NCBI GenBank assembly: GCA_963737655.1 | Contig: CAVTTN010000002.1 | Coordinates: 1,888,001-1,952,000, forward strand | Direction: 5' to 3' | Length of the DNA stretch: 64,000 nucleotides | DNA from: an uncultured Planctomycetota bacterium | GTDB taxonomy: Bacteria > Planctomycetota > Planctomycetia > Isosphaerales > Isosphaeraceae | Shown: positions 41,406 through 51,954 of the stretch, in pieces | How the letters are laid out: every line of letters begins with the position of its first letter | Position numbering within the stretch: position 1 is the first letter of the stretch | Notes under the pieces: model-generated | What the model saw: only the letters and a program-made list of their open reading frames with translations | Told to the model about the DNA's origin: nothing | The model's database searches: none | Made by a program: the position numbers and the translations under genes

Positions 41406-43031
41406 TCAGGCCGGCTCGATCCCCGGGCCGGGCGCGGGAGGCTGGGCCCGCGATCGCCGTCTCCTTCGGAGGATCAGGAAGGCGAGGCTGATCGCGACGA
41501 CCCCGCCGATCGAACCGACCGCGGGGAGGAGCCACGAGCGGCTCGTCGGCAGGGCGACGCCGGGGGTGCCCGGCAGGGGGATCGGGCCGAACGCCGGGAC
41601 GGCCATCCCCTTGGCGTCCACCAGGTCGCACGAGGGGTCGAACCCCCAGCCGTACCAGAGGAAGGCCCCCTCGGGCACGGGTCGGGCGAGCTTCAAGATG
41701 ACCTGAGTGGGATCGTCCGGGTTGACGTCGGCCCGCCGGATCACCCGCACGAGGACCCCGTCGGGACCGCGGACCGAGAAGCCGGTGAGAGGCCCCGAGC
41801 CGATCAAGCCCGCCCCGTCGGTCCCGCGATTGACCCCGGAGAAGCGCACGATCAGCCGGTTCCCGTCCTGGTCCACGCGATCCAGGTCCGGGGTGGTGGC
41901 CCCGCCCCCTCCGGGGAGGTCGTGGAGGACGCGGTCGGCCAGGCGTCGGCCGACGATCGAGGCACTCCGGGCCTCCAGGTGGATCACGTCGACGACGTCC
42001 AGATCGATGGACGCGACGAGTCCCGTGCCCGGGACTCGCGCGGGGAATTTCCTCTGGACCTCTCGCACGATGTTCCAGCCCGAGGGGTCGTCACCCTGGC
42101 TCAACCCCCGGCCGATCTGGACCAGGTAGAACGGCAGGCTGGGGTCTCCCAGGTCGCTCCGAAGGGCCTTGACCAGGGCGTCGAGTCGCTCTTCGTAGCG
42201 GCCGGCGTCCCACCCCATGCCGCTGCCGGAGGCCTCGGCCTCGCCCTGATACCAGAGGACGCCTCGGACGTGTCCCCCCGCCCGAGCGACCTGCGCCAGC
42301 ATGGCCCCGTAGAGCGAGTTCCCGTCGCGCTTCTTGCCGTCGGGCAGCCACAATCGGATCGGCGTCGCCCCCTTGGCGCAGGCGATCAGGCCGATCGGGA
42401 CGCCGGTGGCCTCCGCCATCCTCGTCCCGAAGGCGATCCCGGGGCCGCTCCCCTTCAGCCAGGTCGGGAACAGGGTGCCGGCCGGCGGATCGGGGGCCTT
42501 GGGCCCTCGATGGACCGCGTCCCGGGCCGTCTCGATCTTGTGGAGAGGATCGACCGCCTGGCTCCATCGGCCGTCCAGGCCGAGGCAGGCGACGCGAGGA
42601 TCGGGCGCCGCGGCCCCGGAGAAGTCGTTGCGGCCCTCCATGTTGGACTGGCCGGCCAGGACCCACAGATCCCCCACGAACACCGGCCCGATCCGCTCCG
42701 GTTCGGCCTCCCGCCCCGATCGAACCTGGATGGTGTACGGGCCGCCCGTCGGCACACCTTCCAGGACCCCTTCCGACAGGGTGACCCCGCCCACCGGCTC
42801 TCCCCCAGGGCCGATCAGCTCCGCCGAGCGGGCGCGGCCCGGAGGACCCAGAGGGATGGCCGCCCGACCATCCTGGCCCCGGGGATAGACCCGCCAGGGC
42901 GACGGCCCATCGTCGGCCCCTTCCCCCGGCGACGTCCTCACGGGACCGGCATACAGACACGACTGGGAGAGTAAGATCAGGATCCAGCCGTCGATCGCGA
43001 GCGCGACGACCCAGCCCCTTGCCCACTTCAT
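41406..43031 (-). CDS. Sialate O-acetylesterase (SASA) family protein with C-terminal TM anchor
   Basis: VGDLWVLAGQSNMEG, GVLWYQGE, DVIH. Confidence 0.88.
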   Translation of the reverse strand: MKWARGWVVALAIDGWILILLSQSCLYAGPVRTSPGEGADDGPSPWRVYPRGQDGRAAIPLGPPGRARSAELIGPGGEPVGGVTLSEGVLEGVPTGGPYTIQVRSGREAEPERIGPVFVGDLWVLAGQSNMEGRNDFSGAAAPDPRVACLGLDGRWSQAVDPLHKIETARDAVHRGPKAPDPPAGTLFPTWLKGSGPGIAFGTRMAEATGVPIGLIACAKGATPIRLWLPDGKKRDGNSLYGAMLAQVARAGGHVRGVLWYQGEAEASGSGMGWDAGRYEERLDALVKALRSDLGDPSLPFYLVQIGRGLSQGDDPSGWNIVREVQRKFPARVPGTGLVASIDLDVVDVIHLEARSASIVGRRLADRVLHDLPGGGGATTPDLDRVDQDGNRLIVRFSGVNRGTDGAGLIGSGPLTGFSVRGPDGVLVRVIRRADVNPDDPTQVILKLARPVPEGAFLWYGWGFDPSCDLVDAKGMAVPAFGPIPLPGTPGVALPTSRSWLLPAVGSIGGVVAISLAFLILRRRRRSRAQPPAPGPGIEPA

Positions 43032-43190
43032 GGTTGTTTTCCTCGATACCGCCCTATCAAAGTAGGCCCACGACAGAATCCGAGAGCCGAGCCTTTGCAT
43101 GCGAATAAGATACGAGGTCACGGCCAACTTCTTCAAGGATCGGGTGGGACCCCGAGCCAAAGCGAACACCCGGGCGCGCCGTCGAACCGG

Positions 43191-43295
43191 CCGCCGATGG
43201 AGCGGAAAGCTTCCCGGAATCGACCCGGTCAGCCGGTTCCTCGCCGACAGCCGCCGCCTCGGCCTGATCGGCCAGGGGAGGCCGCCGGATCGTCG
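43191..43295 (+). repeat. Degenerate copy of part of the SGNH gene (41142-41242)
   Basis: TTCCTCGCCGACAGCCGCCGCCTCGGCCTGATCGGCCAGGGGA vs TTCCTCGCCGACAACCGCCACCTCGGCCTGATCGGCCAGGGGA. Confidence 0.8.
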
Positions 43296-43439
43296 CGGGC
43301 GGGCGGAAGCGGGGCGATCGAAAGGCCGGGTCGCCGGCCTTCGTCGGGTCCGCCCTTGCGAGGAACCGTCGAATCGCGAAGAGGCCCGCACGAGTTGCCC
43401 CCGCGAGGCTTCGTCCTCCGAGCGGGCATGGCGCCGGCT

Positions 43440-43931
43440 TCAGCGAGGCATGGTCTCGGGGTGAAATTCCATCTCGGCACGTCCCCCCGAGACCCGAAGC
43501 TCGGCCGAGGGTCGTTTCTTGAGCTTCGCGGCCCGATCCAGGTCCGCCTGCGCCCGGACGAGGTCGCCTTTGTGCTGCCAGGACCTCCCGCGGGATTCCT
43601 AAGCGTAGGCGTTCTTCGGGCTGAGTCGGATGGCCAGGTCGTAATCGGCGATCGCCTTGACCTGGTCCTCCTTCTCGTCCCAGCAGGCGGCCCGACACAT
43701 CCGGGCCCTCACGTTCTTCGGGTCCAGGCGGAGGGCTTCGGCGAAATCGAACATCGCCCGGTCGAAGTCTCCCCTCTCACCTTAGGCCATCCCGCGACGG
43801 AGATATCCTTCGGGGTCATTCGGGGCGAGGAGGATGGCCCGGATCGTCTCCTCGGGGCTGGGTTCGTCCCCGTTCGGGGCCGCGATCGCCACGAGGAGGC
43901 CGAGAGCCGTCGCCCAAATCCCCTGGCTCAT
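43440..43931 (-). pseudogene. TPR-repeat protein with two in-frame stops
   Basis: YLRRGMA*GERGDFDRAMFDFAEALRLDP...AIADYDLAIRLSPKNAYA*ESRG; TAA at 43782-43784, TAG at 43599-43601. Confidence 0.8.
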
Positions 43932-44023
43932 CGCGAGATCCTCCCGGGCCGGCGATCCTCCCATGTCGGCCCGCAAGCTCGCCGCGGGGCGGCTTCCGAC
44001 CGACGACCGCCGACTCCACAGGA

Positions 44024-44052
44024 TTGACCGGCGCCGTTCGCCCGACTAGACT
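44024..44052 (+). promoter_or_regulatory. Putative sigma70 promoter
   Basis: TTGACC-N17-TAGACT. Confidence 0.55.
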
Positions 44053-44103
44053 TCGGATTCCTCTCCAATTCGACTTCGCGGTCAGGAAGGGGCGAAGCTC
44101 GTC

Positions 44104-44598
44104 ATGAGTCTGGGCGAAGCGGGCGGGGCCGAGATCGATTTCGAGACGATGCATGGGCGGAACTGGCCCACGGTCACGCAGTTCTCCGTGTTCCTGGAGA
44201 ACCGCGTGGGCCAGTTGCTGGAGGTGGTCAAGGCGTTCCAGGGTTCGAGGGTCAAGATCGTCGGCCTGTCGATCTCCGACTCGGCGGACTGCTGCATCGT
44301 CCGGCTGATCCTGAGCCATCCCGAGCAGGGGCGCGAGATCCTCGAACGCAACGAGCTGCCCTATGCCGAGAATCAGCTCCTCGCGGCCGAGCTGCCCGCC
44401 GGCCCCCAGTCGCTGGTGGACCTCTGCACGGCCCTCCTCCAGGGGGAGTTCAACATCCACTATGCCTATCCGCTGATCGTCCACCCCCACGGCCGGGCGG
44501 CGGTGGCCCTCCACATCGACAACGTGGACCAGGCCAGCGCGATCCTCCACGAGCAGGGGTTCGAGATCCTCAGCGAGGCCGACCTGGGCTCGAACTAG
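44104..44598 (+). CDS. Tandem ACT domain protein
   Basis: QFSVFLENRVGQL, NIHYAY. Confidence 0.85.
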   Translation: MSLGEAGGAEIDFETMHGRNWPTVTQFSVFLENRVGQLLEVVKAFQGSRVKIVGLSISDSADCCIVRLILSHPEQGREILERNELPYAENQLLAAELPAGPQSLVDLCTALLQGEFNIHYAYPLIVHPHGRAAVALHIDNVDQASAILHEQGFEILSEADLGSN

Positions 44599-45226
44599 CC
44601 GGGACCGCGAACCGCGTCGGCTCCGACCCGGCGACCGCCGCGATCGTCCCCCGGCCCACGCGGTCGCGGAGCCATCGGCCCGCCCCTCGGCCCGATCCCG
44701 AGACCGCCGAGAGCAGGCGGCGGACGTCGTCCGAGCCGAATTCCGGGGGGAGCATCGCCGGGCCGAACTCCCCGTCCAGCACGCCGACTCGCAACCATTC
44801 GAGGGCGAGGGCGAGGATCTGGTCGTGATCGAACGCCAGGCCCGAGACGGCCTCGGGATCGAGCCAGGCGGCTTCCCTCGCGTCGTCCGAGCCTCGGACC
44901 GGGGGCAGGGGAGGGCGGATCACCGCCGCATGGGCGATGCTGATCGTCCTGCCTCGGGGATCGCGACCCGGGGCGCCGAAGACGCCGATCGGCTCGACCA
45001 GCGACGGCGCCTCCAGCCCCGTTTCTTCCTTCAACTCGCGACGCGCCGCGGCCTCGATCGGCTCGTCGAGGTCGAGGAAGCCGCCGGGGATCGCCCAGTG
45101 GTCGGCGAACGGGTCTTTCTTCCTCTTGATGAACAGGGCGCGGAGGCCCTCGGCGGTCAGGGCAAAGACGGTCAAATCGACGGTGACCGACGGCCGAGGG
45201 TAGTCGTAGCAATAGGGCGGAGGCAC
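44570..45226 (-). CDS. NUDIX hydrolase (NrtR/ADP-ribose pyrophosphatase-like)
   Basis: YPRPSVTVD, WAIPGGF...AARRELKEETG, RDPRGR, LAFDH. Confidence 0.88.
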   Translation of the reverse strand: MPPPYCYDYPRPSVTVDLTVFALTAEGLRALFIKRKKDPFADHWAIPGGFLDLDEPIEAAARRELKEETGLEAPSLVEPIGVFGAPGRDPRGRTISIAHAAVIRPPLPPVRGSDDAREAAWLDPEAVSGLAFDHDQILALALEWLRVGVLDGEFGPAMLPPEFGSDDVRRLLSAVSGSGRGAGRWLRDRVGRGTIAAVAGSEPTRFAVPASSSPGRPR

Positions 45227-45351
45227 CGCGAATTCCCCGGGGGGCGGGCGAGACGTCTGGTCTCCGGGCGAAGGACCGCCCATCATGATAAGGACGCCCC
45301 CGCCGGATGGCGAGCGGGCAGGCCCCGCCGAAGTCCCCGAAGGCCCCGACC

Positions 45352-46461
45352 ATGCCGCGTCCCTCCGCAAGACTCCCCGACTGGCCCGGCTTCGATCCCG
45401 CCGAATCCGACCGGCTGGGGGGCCTGGTCGAAGTCCTCTCGCGAGAGGACGGCCCGGCCGATTCCGAGGGCGTCTGGCCCGATCGGCTCTGGAACGCCCT
45501 GGTCGGGGCGAAGGCCACGCGATGGGCCTTGCCCGGCCGCTTCCCCGACGCCGGAGGGGACCGCCCGAGCCTGGTCCGCCGCTATGCCCGGGTCGCCGAA
45601 GGGTCGCTGACCGCGGCCTTCATCCTCACCCAGCACGACGCCGCCGTTCGAAGGCTCGTCGCCGCCTCGGGGCCGGGCCGCCGCCGCGCCGACCAATGGA
45701 TCGAGCGGATCGCCGAGGGTTCCGCGTTCGCCACCGTGGGCATCTCGCAGTTGACCACGTCTCGGAAGCACGGGCCCAGGGCGATGGCGGCCTCGCCGAC
45801 CGATTCGGGCCATCGGCTCGACGGCGCCATGCCGTGGGTCACGGCCGCCGAGAGGGCCGATTTGCTGGTGACCGGCGGGGTGCTCGACGACGGCTCGCAG
45901 ATGCTGATCGCCCTGCCGAGCGACCGCCCCGGCGTGACGATCCATCCGCCGATGCCCCTGGCGGCCCTGGGGGCGTCGGTCACGAGCGAGGTGATTTGCG
46001 AGGCCGCGGAGGTCCAGCCCGAGGACGTCCTGGCGGGCCCGGCCCTCGACGTGATGGCCACTCCCGGCCTGGCCGGGACCGGCGGCCTCGAGACCTCGGC
46101 GCTGGCGATGGGCCAGGCCCGAGCCGCCCTGAAGGCCCTGGCCGAGCAGGCCGAGGCGCGAGGCGACCTGATCGAGCCGTTCGAGGCCCTGGCGGCCTCC
46201 TGGTCCAGGATCGCCGAGGGCCTGATCGCCGCCGCCGAGGGCCGACCCGACGCCCCGCCCCCGCCCTCGATCCGCGCCGAGGCGAATGCCCTGGTCCTCC
46301 GGGCCACTCAGGCGTTCCTGACCGCCCGAAAAGGCAGCGGGTTCGTCCGCGACGAGCCCGCGCAGCGATGGGCGAGGCAGGCCCTCTTCTTCCTCGTCTG
46401 GTCCTGCCCCTCGCCCGTGGCCAACGCGGCGATCCGAGACCTCGCGGGGATCTGCCCGTAG
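45352..46461 (+). CDS. Acyl-CoA dehydrogenase family protein
   Basis: FATVGISQLTTS, LDGAMPWVT, KGSGF...AQRWARQALFFLVW. Confidence 0.8.
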   Translation: MPRPSARLPDWPGFDPAESDRLGGLVEVLSREDGPADSEGVWPDRLWNALVGAKATRWALPGRFPDAGGDRPSLVRRYARVAEGSLTAAFILTQHDAAVRRLVAASGPGRRRADQWIERIAEGSAFATVGISQLTTSRKHGPRAMAASPTDSGHRLDGAMPWVTAAERADLLVTGGVLDDGSQMLIALPSDRPGVTIHPPMPLAALGASVTSEVICEAAEVQPEDVLAGPALDVMATPGLAGTGGLETSALAMGQARAALKALAEQAEARGDLIEPFEALAASWSRIAEGLIAAAEGRPDAPPPPSIRAEANALVLRATQAFLTARKGSGFVRDEPAQRWARQALFFLVWSCPSPVANAAIRDLAGICP

Positions 46462-46504
46462 GGTGCATGCAATGCACCGTCATGTAAGGTGCATGAAATG
46501 CACC
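46458..46504 (+). repeat. GTAG-type REP, two tandem direct units (copy 4)
   Basis: GTAGGGTGCATGCAATGCACC at 46458-46478; GTAAGGTGCATGAAATGCACC at 46484-46504. Confidence 0.88.
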
Positions 46505-46535
46505 AACCCGCGCGGGCGAAGCCCGCCATCCGCAT

Positions 46536-47474
46536 TCACAAACCCGATCCGACGGTCCGCCGCAACCCCTCGTCAAAGCCGACGATCGGCCGATAGCCCA
46601 GGACTCGGCCGATCTTTTCCAGGCTCGCCTGGGAGTGCATCACGTCGCCGGGCCGGGCGGGCCCGAACTCGGGCGCGAGGTCCGTGCCCATCGCGGCGTT
46701 CAGAGTCGCGACCAGGTCGAGCAAGGTGATCCGCTCCCCGGTCCCCACGTTGAACGCCTCGCCGCCCAGGGGGGATTCGCACCGCATCGCCAGCAAGTTC
46801 GCGTGGATGACGTTCGCCACATAGGTGAAATCGCGGGACTGGAGGCCGTCGCCGAGGACCGTCGGCCTCTGGCCCCGGGCCATCTGCGACGCGAACCGCG
46901 AGATCACCCCGCTATAGGGACTCGAAGGGTCCTGCCTCGGCCCGAACACGTTGAAATAGCGGAGGCTCGCCCCATCCAGGCCCATCGTCTGGGCATAGAC
47001 GCGGACGTAATGTTCCCCGGCGAGCTTCCCGGCGGCATAGGGACTCAACGGACGAGGGAACATGTCCTCGCGCTTGGGCAATTCCTCGGTCTCGCCATAG
47101 GCGCTGCTCGACGCCGCGAACAAAAACCGCTTGACGCCGGCCCTCCGCGAGGCTTCCAGGATGTTCAGGGTGGCGGTCGGCCCGCTCCGATGCGACTCGA
47201 TCGGCTCGGCCACGGATCGGGGGACGCTGGGGATCGCCGCCTCATGGAAGACGAAATCGGCCCCCTCGACGGCTCGCTCGCAAACCGCGAAATCGGCCAG
47301 GTCCCCGGCGATCCACTCGAACCGGCCGTCGAGATGGCCCAGGTTCGCGAGCCGCCCGGTCGAGAGGTTATCGACCACGCGGACGCGAAGACCCTCGGCC
47401 AGGAGGGCCTCGACGAGATGGGAGCCGATGAACCCGGCCCCCCCGGTGACGACGGCGAGTCCGGGATCGTTCAC
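46536..47474 (-). CDS. NAD-dependent nucleotide-sugar epimerase (extended SDR)
   Basis: TGGAGFIGSH, YAAGK, LRYFNVFGPRQ, RDFTYV. Confidence 0.93.
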   Translation of the reverse strand: MNDPGLAVVTGGAGFIGSHLVEALLAEGLRVRVVDNLSTGRLANLGHLDGRFEWIAGDLADFAVCERAVEGADFVFHEAAIPSVPRSVAEPIESHRSGPTATLNILEASRRAGVKRFLFAASSSAYGETEELPKREDMFPRPLSPYAAGKLAGEHYVRVYAQTMGLDGASLRYFNVFGPRQDPSSPYSGVISRFASQMARGQRPTVLGDGLQSRDFTYVANVIHANLLAMRCESPLGGEAFNVGTGERITLLDLVATLNAAMGTDLAPEFGPARPGDVMHSQASLEKIGRVLGYRPIVGFDEGLRRTVGSGL

Positions 47475-47517
47475 GTCGAGGTCATCCGATGGCGAGAGGG
47501 TCGGGATCGGCCGCGAT

Positions 47518-48336
47518 TCAGGCGCCGACGGGGGCCTCGGCCAGGGTGAGGAAGGCGTCCATGTTGTCCGGGAACACCGTGTTGGCCGGATAGTACCGGA
47601 AGCCCGCTTGCTTGACCCGGGAGACCAGGTCGGGGTAATCGACCAGGGAGGGGTGGAACTCGGCGATCATGGCGCGGATGCGGCCGAGCCAGGAGAGATC
47701 CCCGGCCGTCAGGAGGGCCTGCTCGCCCCCCTCGATGTCCAGCTTCACCAGGTCCACGATCGTCCCCTCGGGCAGTCGCTTCAGGAGCGAGTCCATGCTG
47801 AGGATCGGCGTCTCGCGGCCCTCCTCGGCGAGCCGGCCCTGGTTGGATTGGTCGTTGTCGTGGAATCGGCCGAGTCCGTCCTCCGGCCCGACGGCCGCCT
47901 CGATCAACTCGGCCGGGATCGCGTTGTCGGCCAGATTGCGGCGGGCCAGGTCGGCGTTGGCCGGGGACGGCTCGACCACCAGGACCCGCTCGATCCCGTA
48001 CTTCTTCGTCAGCCAGACGCTCGTCAGGCCGATGTTGCCCCCGAGGTCCACCAGCACCTTGGGCGACAGGTCGAAGGGCAGGCGGTAGAAGTCGTAGAGC
48101 CAGACCTCGCGGAGGGACCAGATGTCCCCCATGTTGAGCCGATACGTCAGCGAGATCCCGCCGCGGAACCGGACCTTCCGTTCTCGATCGTCGAAGGGCT
48201 TCTTCATCGCGGGCAACGCCCGATAACGCACCAGGTCGCCACTGAGCCGGAAGAACGACCCGGGGTCGGCGCAGAGGCGGGACGCCCTCCAGGCCTCGGC
48301 GAGGATGTTTCGGCTGGCTCGGAGCGCTTTCATCAT
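47518..48336 (-). CDS. FkbM family methyltransferase
   Basis: LVDLGGNIG, VEP, LVKLDIEGGE. Confidence 0.9.
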   Translation of the reverse strand: MMKALRASRNILAEAWRASRLCADPGSFFRLSGDLVRYRALPAMKKPFDDRERKVRFRGGISLTYRLNMGDIWSLREVWLYDFYRLPFDLSPKVLVDLGGNIGLTSVWLTKKYGIERVLVVEPSPANADLARRNLADNAIPAELIEAAVGPEDGLGRFHDNDQSNQGRLAEEGRETPILSMDSLLKRLPEGTIVDLVKLDIEGGEQALLTAGDLSWLGRIRAMIAEFHPSLVDYPDLVSRVKQAGFRYYPANTVFPDNMDAFLTLAEAPVGA

Positions 48337-48522
48337 GATCGGAACCCTTGAAACCCGGCGAATCTCCGCGAGCGATCCCGGCGCGATCCTCTGGATCAAG
48401 ACTATACGTTCGGGACGCCGACGGGCCCAGGGAGCGGCGGGAGGCGGCCCCGACGGCACGATCAATCCGGTCGAGCCGGGCGGAGGTGGCCTTTCATGGC
48501 CGACCCTCGACCCCCCGCCGCC

Positions 48523-51500
48523 CTAGTCCGGCCATCGGCAGAGCCGCTTCACGTAGTCGAGGCCGCCGTCGTTGGCCCAGCCGTCGAGCTGGGCGGCGTC
48601 CTTCATCTGCTGGCCTCGCTTGCGATCGACGGCGAGGAACGCGCAGTCGAGGTCGGGCAGCGAGGTGAGGTCGCCCCAGAGCTTCTCGAACTGGGCGACG
48701 GGGAAGACGTCTTCCTGGCCGTGGCCCCATCGCCTCTTCACGTCCTTGATCGTGACATACGTCGGCACCCGCGCCGCCATCTTGCGGACGGCCTCGGCGA
48801 TCCGGCTCGGGTCGCCGGAGAGGTCGGCGCGGGTCAGGCCGAAGGCGTCGAGGAGGCCGTCGATCCGCACCCAGGTCGTCAGGGTATTGTAGTACCTCAG
48901 GAGGAACTCGGTGTCCTCCTTGGGCGAGGCCAGCCCTTCCAGGAGGCGGAGCCGGCCGCCGACCCGGGCCAGGCCGCCGCCCCGGTCGTCGATCCTCCGG
49001 GGGATGACCTCGAACGCCAGGGTCGAGCCCGAGTCCATCGCCAGCCCCAGGACGCCCGGATCGAGGTTCGCGCCCAGGGTATCGACGTTGTGGACCATCA
49101 GCCAATTCAGATGGGGCCTCTCCGCCAGGAGCCGGGCGAGGACGCCGTTCTTCAGGAGGGTCGGCACCTCGTAGAAGTGCCCCGGCGGGTTGAACCTCTG
49201 GATCGCCACGTTATCGGTATAATCGTGGCCCTCGCCCCGGCCCTTCGCCCATTCGAGGATCGCCCGGCGAGACGCCTCGCGGACCTTCTGCTTGTTCTCG
49301 TCCAGGGTCTCGTGGGCCTGTTCTTCCCAGAGGAACGTGAGGTCGCGGGCCATCGGCACGAGCCTCTGGCCGATCGACTGGCCCCGCGAGAGGACCACGG
49401 GGCCGTCGTGGCCATAATTGCCGGTCCGGGCCAGGTGGTGCTCGATGGCCGAGTGGGTCAGGTAGCTCGTGGTGACCACGTGGGGGATCGGCGACCCGGC
49501 GATCCGGGCCGAGGCGCGGGTCTTGGCCAGGTGGATCTCCAGGAAGGACCGATGCCGCCCTTCCAGGCGGACGAACGGGTTGACCGCCTTCACCACGCCC
49601 GCCCCGGTCGTCCACCGGCTGCCGACGCCCGCGGCGAGCGTGACCACCGCCGCCTCGCCGTGGCTCAGGGCCGCCTCGCCCCGGGCGATGGCCTCTCGGG
49701 GCAGGGCCCCGTGGGCGAAGACGAGGTCATCGTCCTCGACGTCGCGAATATCGGTCGAGAGCGGCAGGCGGTTGCGGGCCAGGCCGATCCGCCCTCGCTG
49801 GAGGTCGTCCCGCAACTGGGCGTGCTGGACCGGGTCGAAGCCGTTCTCGCGGCGGATCTGCTCGGCCTGGCGGTCCCAGTCGGCCGCGGTGGGGTCGCCG
49901 GCGGACCTCGCCACGGGGAAGAGGTTGTTGATCGTGGTGCGGAACACGCGGAGGAGCTCGCCGGTGTCGGCCGAGGTGTTGGCGAAGTGGTCGATGTCCG
50001 CCCGGCGGCGGGCCTCGACGGCGTGGGGGCCGGCCCCGATCATGGCCCCGACCTGGAGCGCGTAATAGCGAGCCGGCATGACCGCGTCGCGGCCCTCGAC
50101 CAGCTCGGCCACGGTCCCTCCGGGGTTGATCCGGAAGTCGTAGACGACCGGCTCCATGGCGAAGGGCAGGGCGTCGTCCAGGTCGGCCTTGGCCCTCTTC
50201 ATGATGGCGGCGATCTCCCGGCGGAACTCGGCCTGGCGATGGGGGGCGACGAAGAAGCCCATCCCGCCGCCGGACATCCCCCCGAGCATCAGGAAGCCCC
50301 AGAAGTCCTCGCCCAGCGCGGCCCTTGCGCCCGCGATGATCGCCTCGGTGAAGGCGTTGGAGACCCAGGGGATGATCGTCTTGAGGGGGCCGTCCCAGTT
50401 GGCGGTCGTCAGCCGGCCGACCTCCCGGACGTCCGCCCTTCGGACCGCCTCGACGATCGCCTCGAAGATCCCCAGGGCCTCGGCCCGGGCGGCCCACTCG
50501 GCCGGGGCGCGGACCAGGTACTTCTCGGTGACCATGTTCAGGATCGGCCCGACGTTCTGGGCCATCCCGCCGTGGACGAGCACCAGGGAGGACGCCAGGG
50601 CCTGGGCGAACGAGCCCGGGGCCTCGCTCCCCGAGGAAATCAGCTCATGCTCGGGCAGGAGCCGGCCCCGGCTGACCCCCCATTCCGGGTCCCCGTCGCG
50701 GCAGGCCACGCCCCGGATCAGCTTGACCCCCGGGAAGACCCCGCCGGAATCCTGCCAGCCTCCGCCCGAGCCGCCCAGCCATTCCCCCAGGATCGCCCGG
50801 GAGACGACCACGCGGGCCTCCTCGGGGTCGAGCGGGCCGGTCAGGTTCCTCGCCTGGCCGCTGGCCCTCATCAACAGCGAGATCAGCGACGCCAGCAGGT
50901 TCGTCGAGACCGCCAGCCGCGAACCCTTGGGGATGTCGTTGACCTTGCTGACGACCTCCAGCCCCCAGCCCGGACGGATGATCCGCCCGAGGATCGCCGC
51001 CAACGGCACGCCCGTGCCCTCGAACGACGGCGGGATCAGCCCCGAGGCGATCACCCCGGCCTTGACCAGCCCGAGGTAATCGTTGCCGAAGTTGAACAGC
51101 TCCTCCAGGGTCGCCACGTCCTTGCTCGCGTTCAGGTCGATCGAGGTCAACCGCAGGACCGGCTCGGCGATGGTCCGGCAATACGTCTCGATCGGGGGCC
51201 GGGCTCGGGGTCCCGGCCGTGGACGCCCAGGTCCACCGAGATGTTCAGGACGCGGGCCCCCTCGGGATAATCCATCCCGAGGAAGAAGATGTCCGACCAG
51301 GCCGAATGCGACAGGTCCAGCCTCACCGGCGTCCTCTCGACGAGGATCGGCGACAGCCCGCCTTCGGACTCCGCGATCAGCCTCGGGTGGAGTCGCAAGG
51401 GGAGCTCGTCGGCCGCCCCCACGCGGAACATCCACCGGCTCCCCCGGCAGCCCCGGACGGACCTTCGGACCTGGTCGGCCAGGGTCTGATACGCGACTTG

Positions 51501-51880
51501 CTCATACGCCTGGGCCAGGGCGCTGGCGATGGCCCGGTCGGGCCCCGGCGGCCCTGGGCCTCGCGGAACGAGGAGATCGCCTGCTCGAACCGCCGGGCCA
51601 TCAGGTCGCCCACCCCCTCGAACGGGATGATCCCCGTGGGCGGCAGCTCGGGCGCCTCCTGGAGGGCGTAGCGGTAGATCGCATGGAGCAACATCGACGC
51701 CCGGACCCGCTCGTACAGGTTCTCGGACCCCCGGCGGAACCCCTCCAGGGCCTCGCTCGCGGCGAGGACCTCGGCCGTGCTCAGCCCCGAGATCAGCTCC
51801 AGGACCGAGCGGTCCCGGGCCGAGGGGTCGGCCGAGGTGATGGCCTCGATCAAAGGCTCGGCGATCGTCGCAGAGGACAC
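48523..51880 (-). CDS. Fusion of GHMP-kinase-like domain and UDP-sugar pyrophosphorylase (UDPGP) domain; two frameshifts near 51555 and 51210
   Basis: PVRLDLSHSAWSD, IPKGSRLAVS, GGGWQD, GGMSGGG; LAAGVGSRW...K, NPPGH, HNVDTL, QFEKLWGD. Confidence 0.8.
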
Positions 51881-51954
51881 TCGGCCCCTCCCTCTCGCAA
51901 TCCCGGACGGGCGCCTCGAGGACGAGGCGACCGTCCCCCATCGTGTCCGGGATC

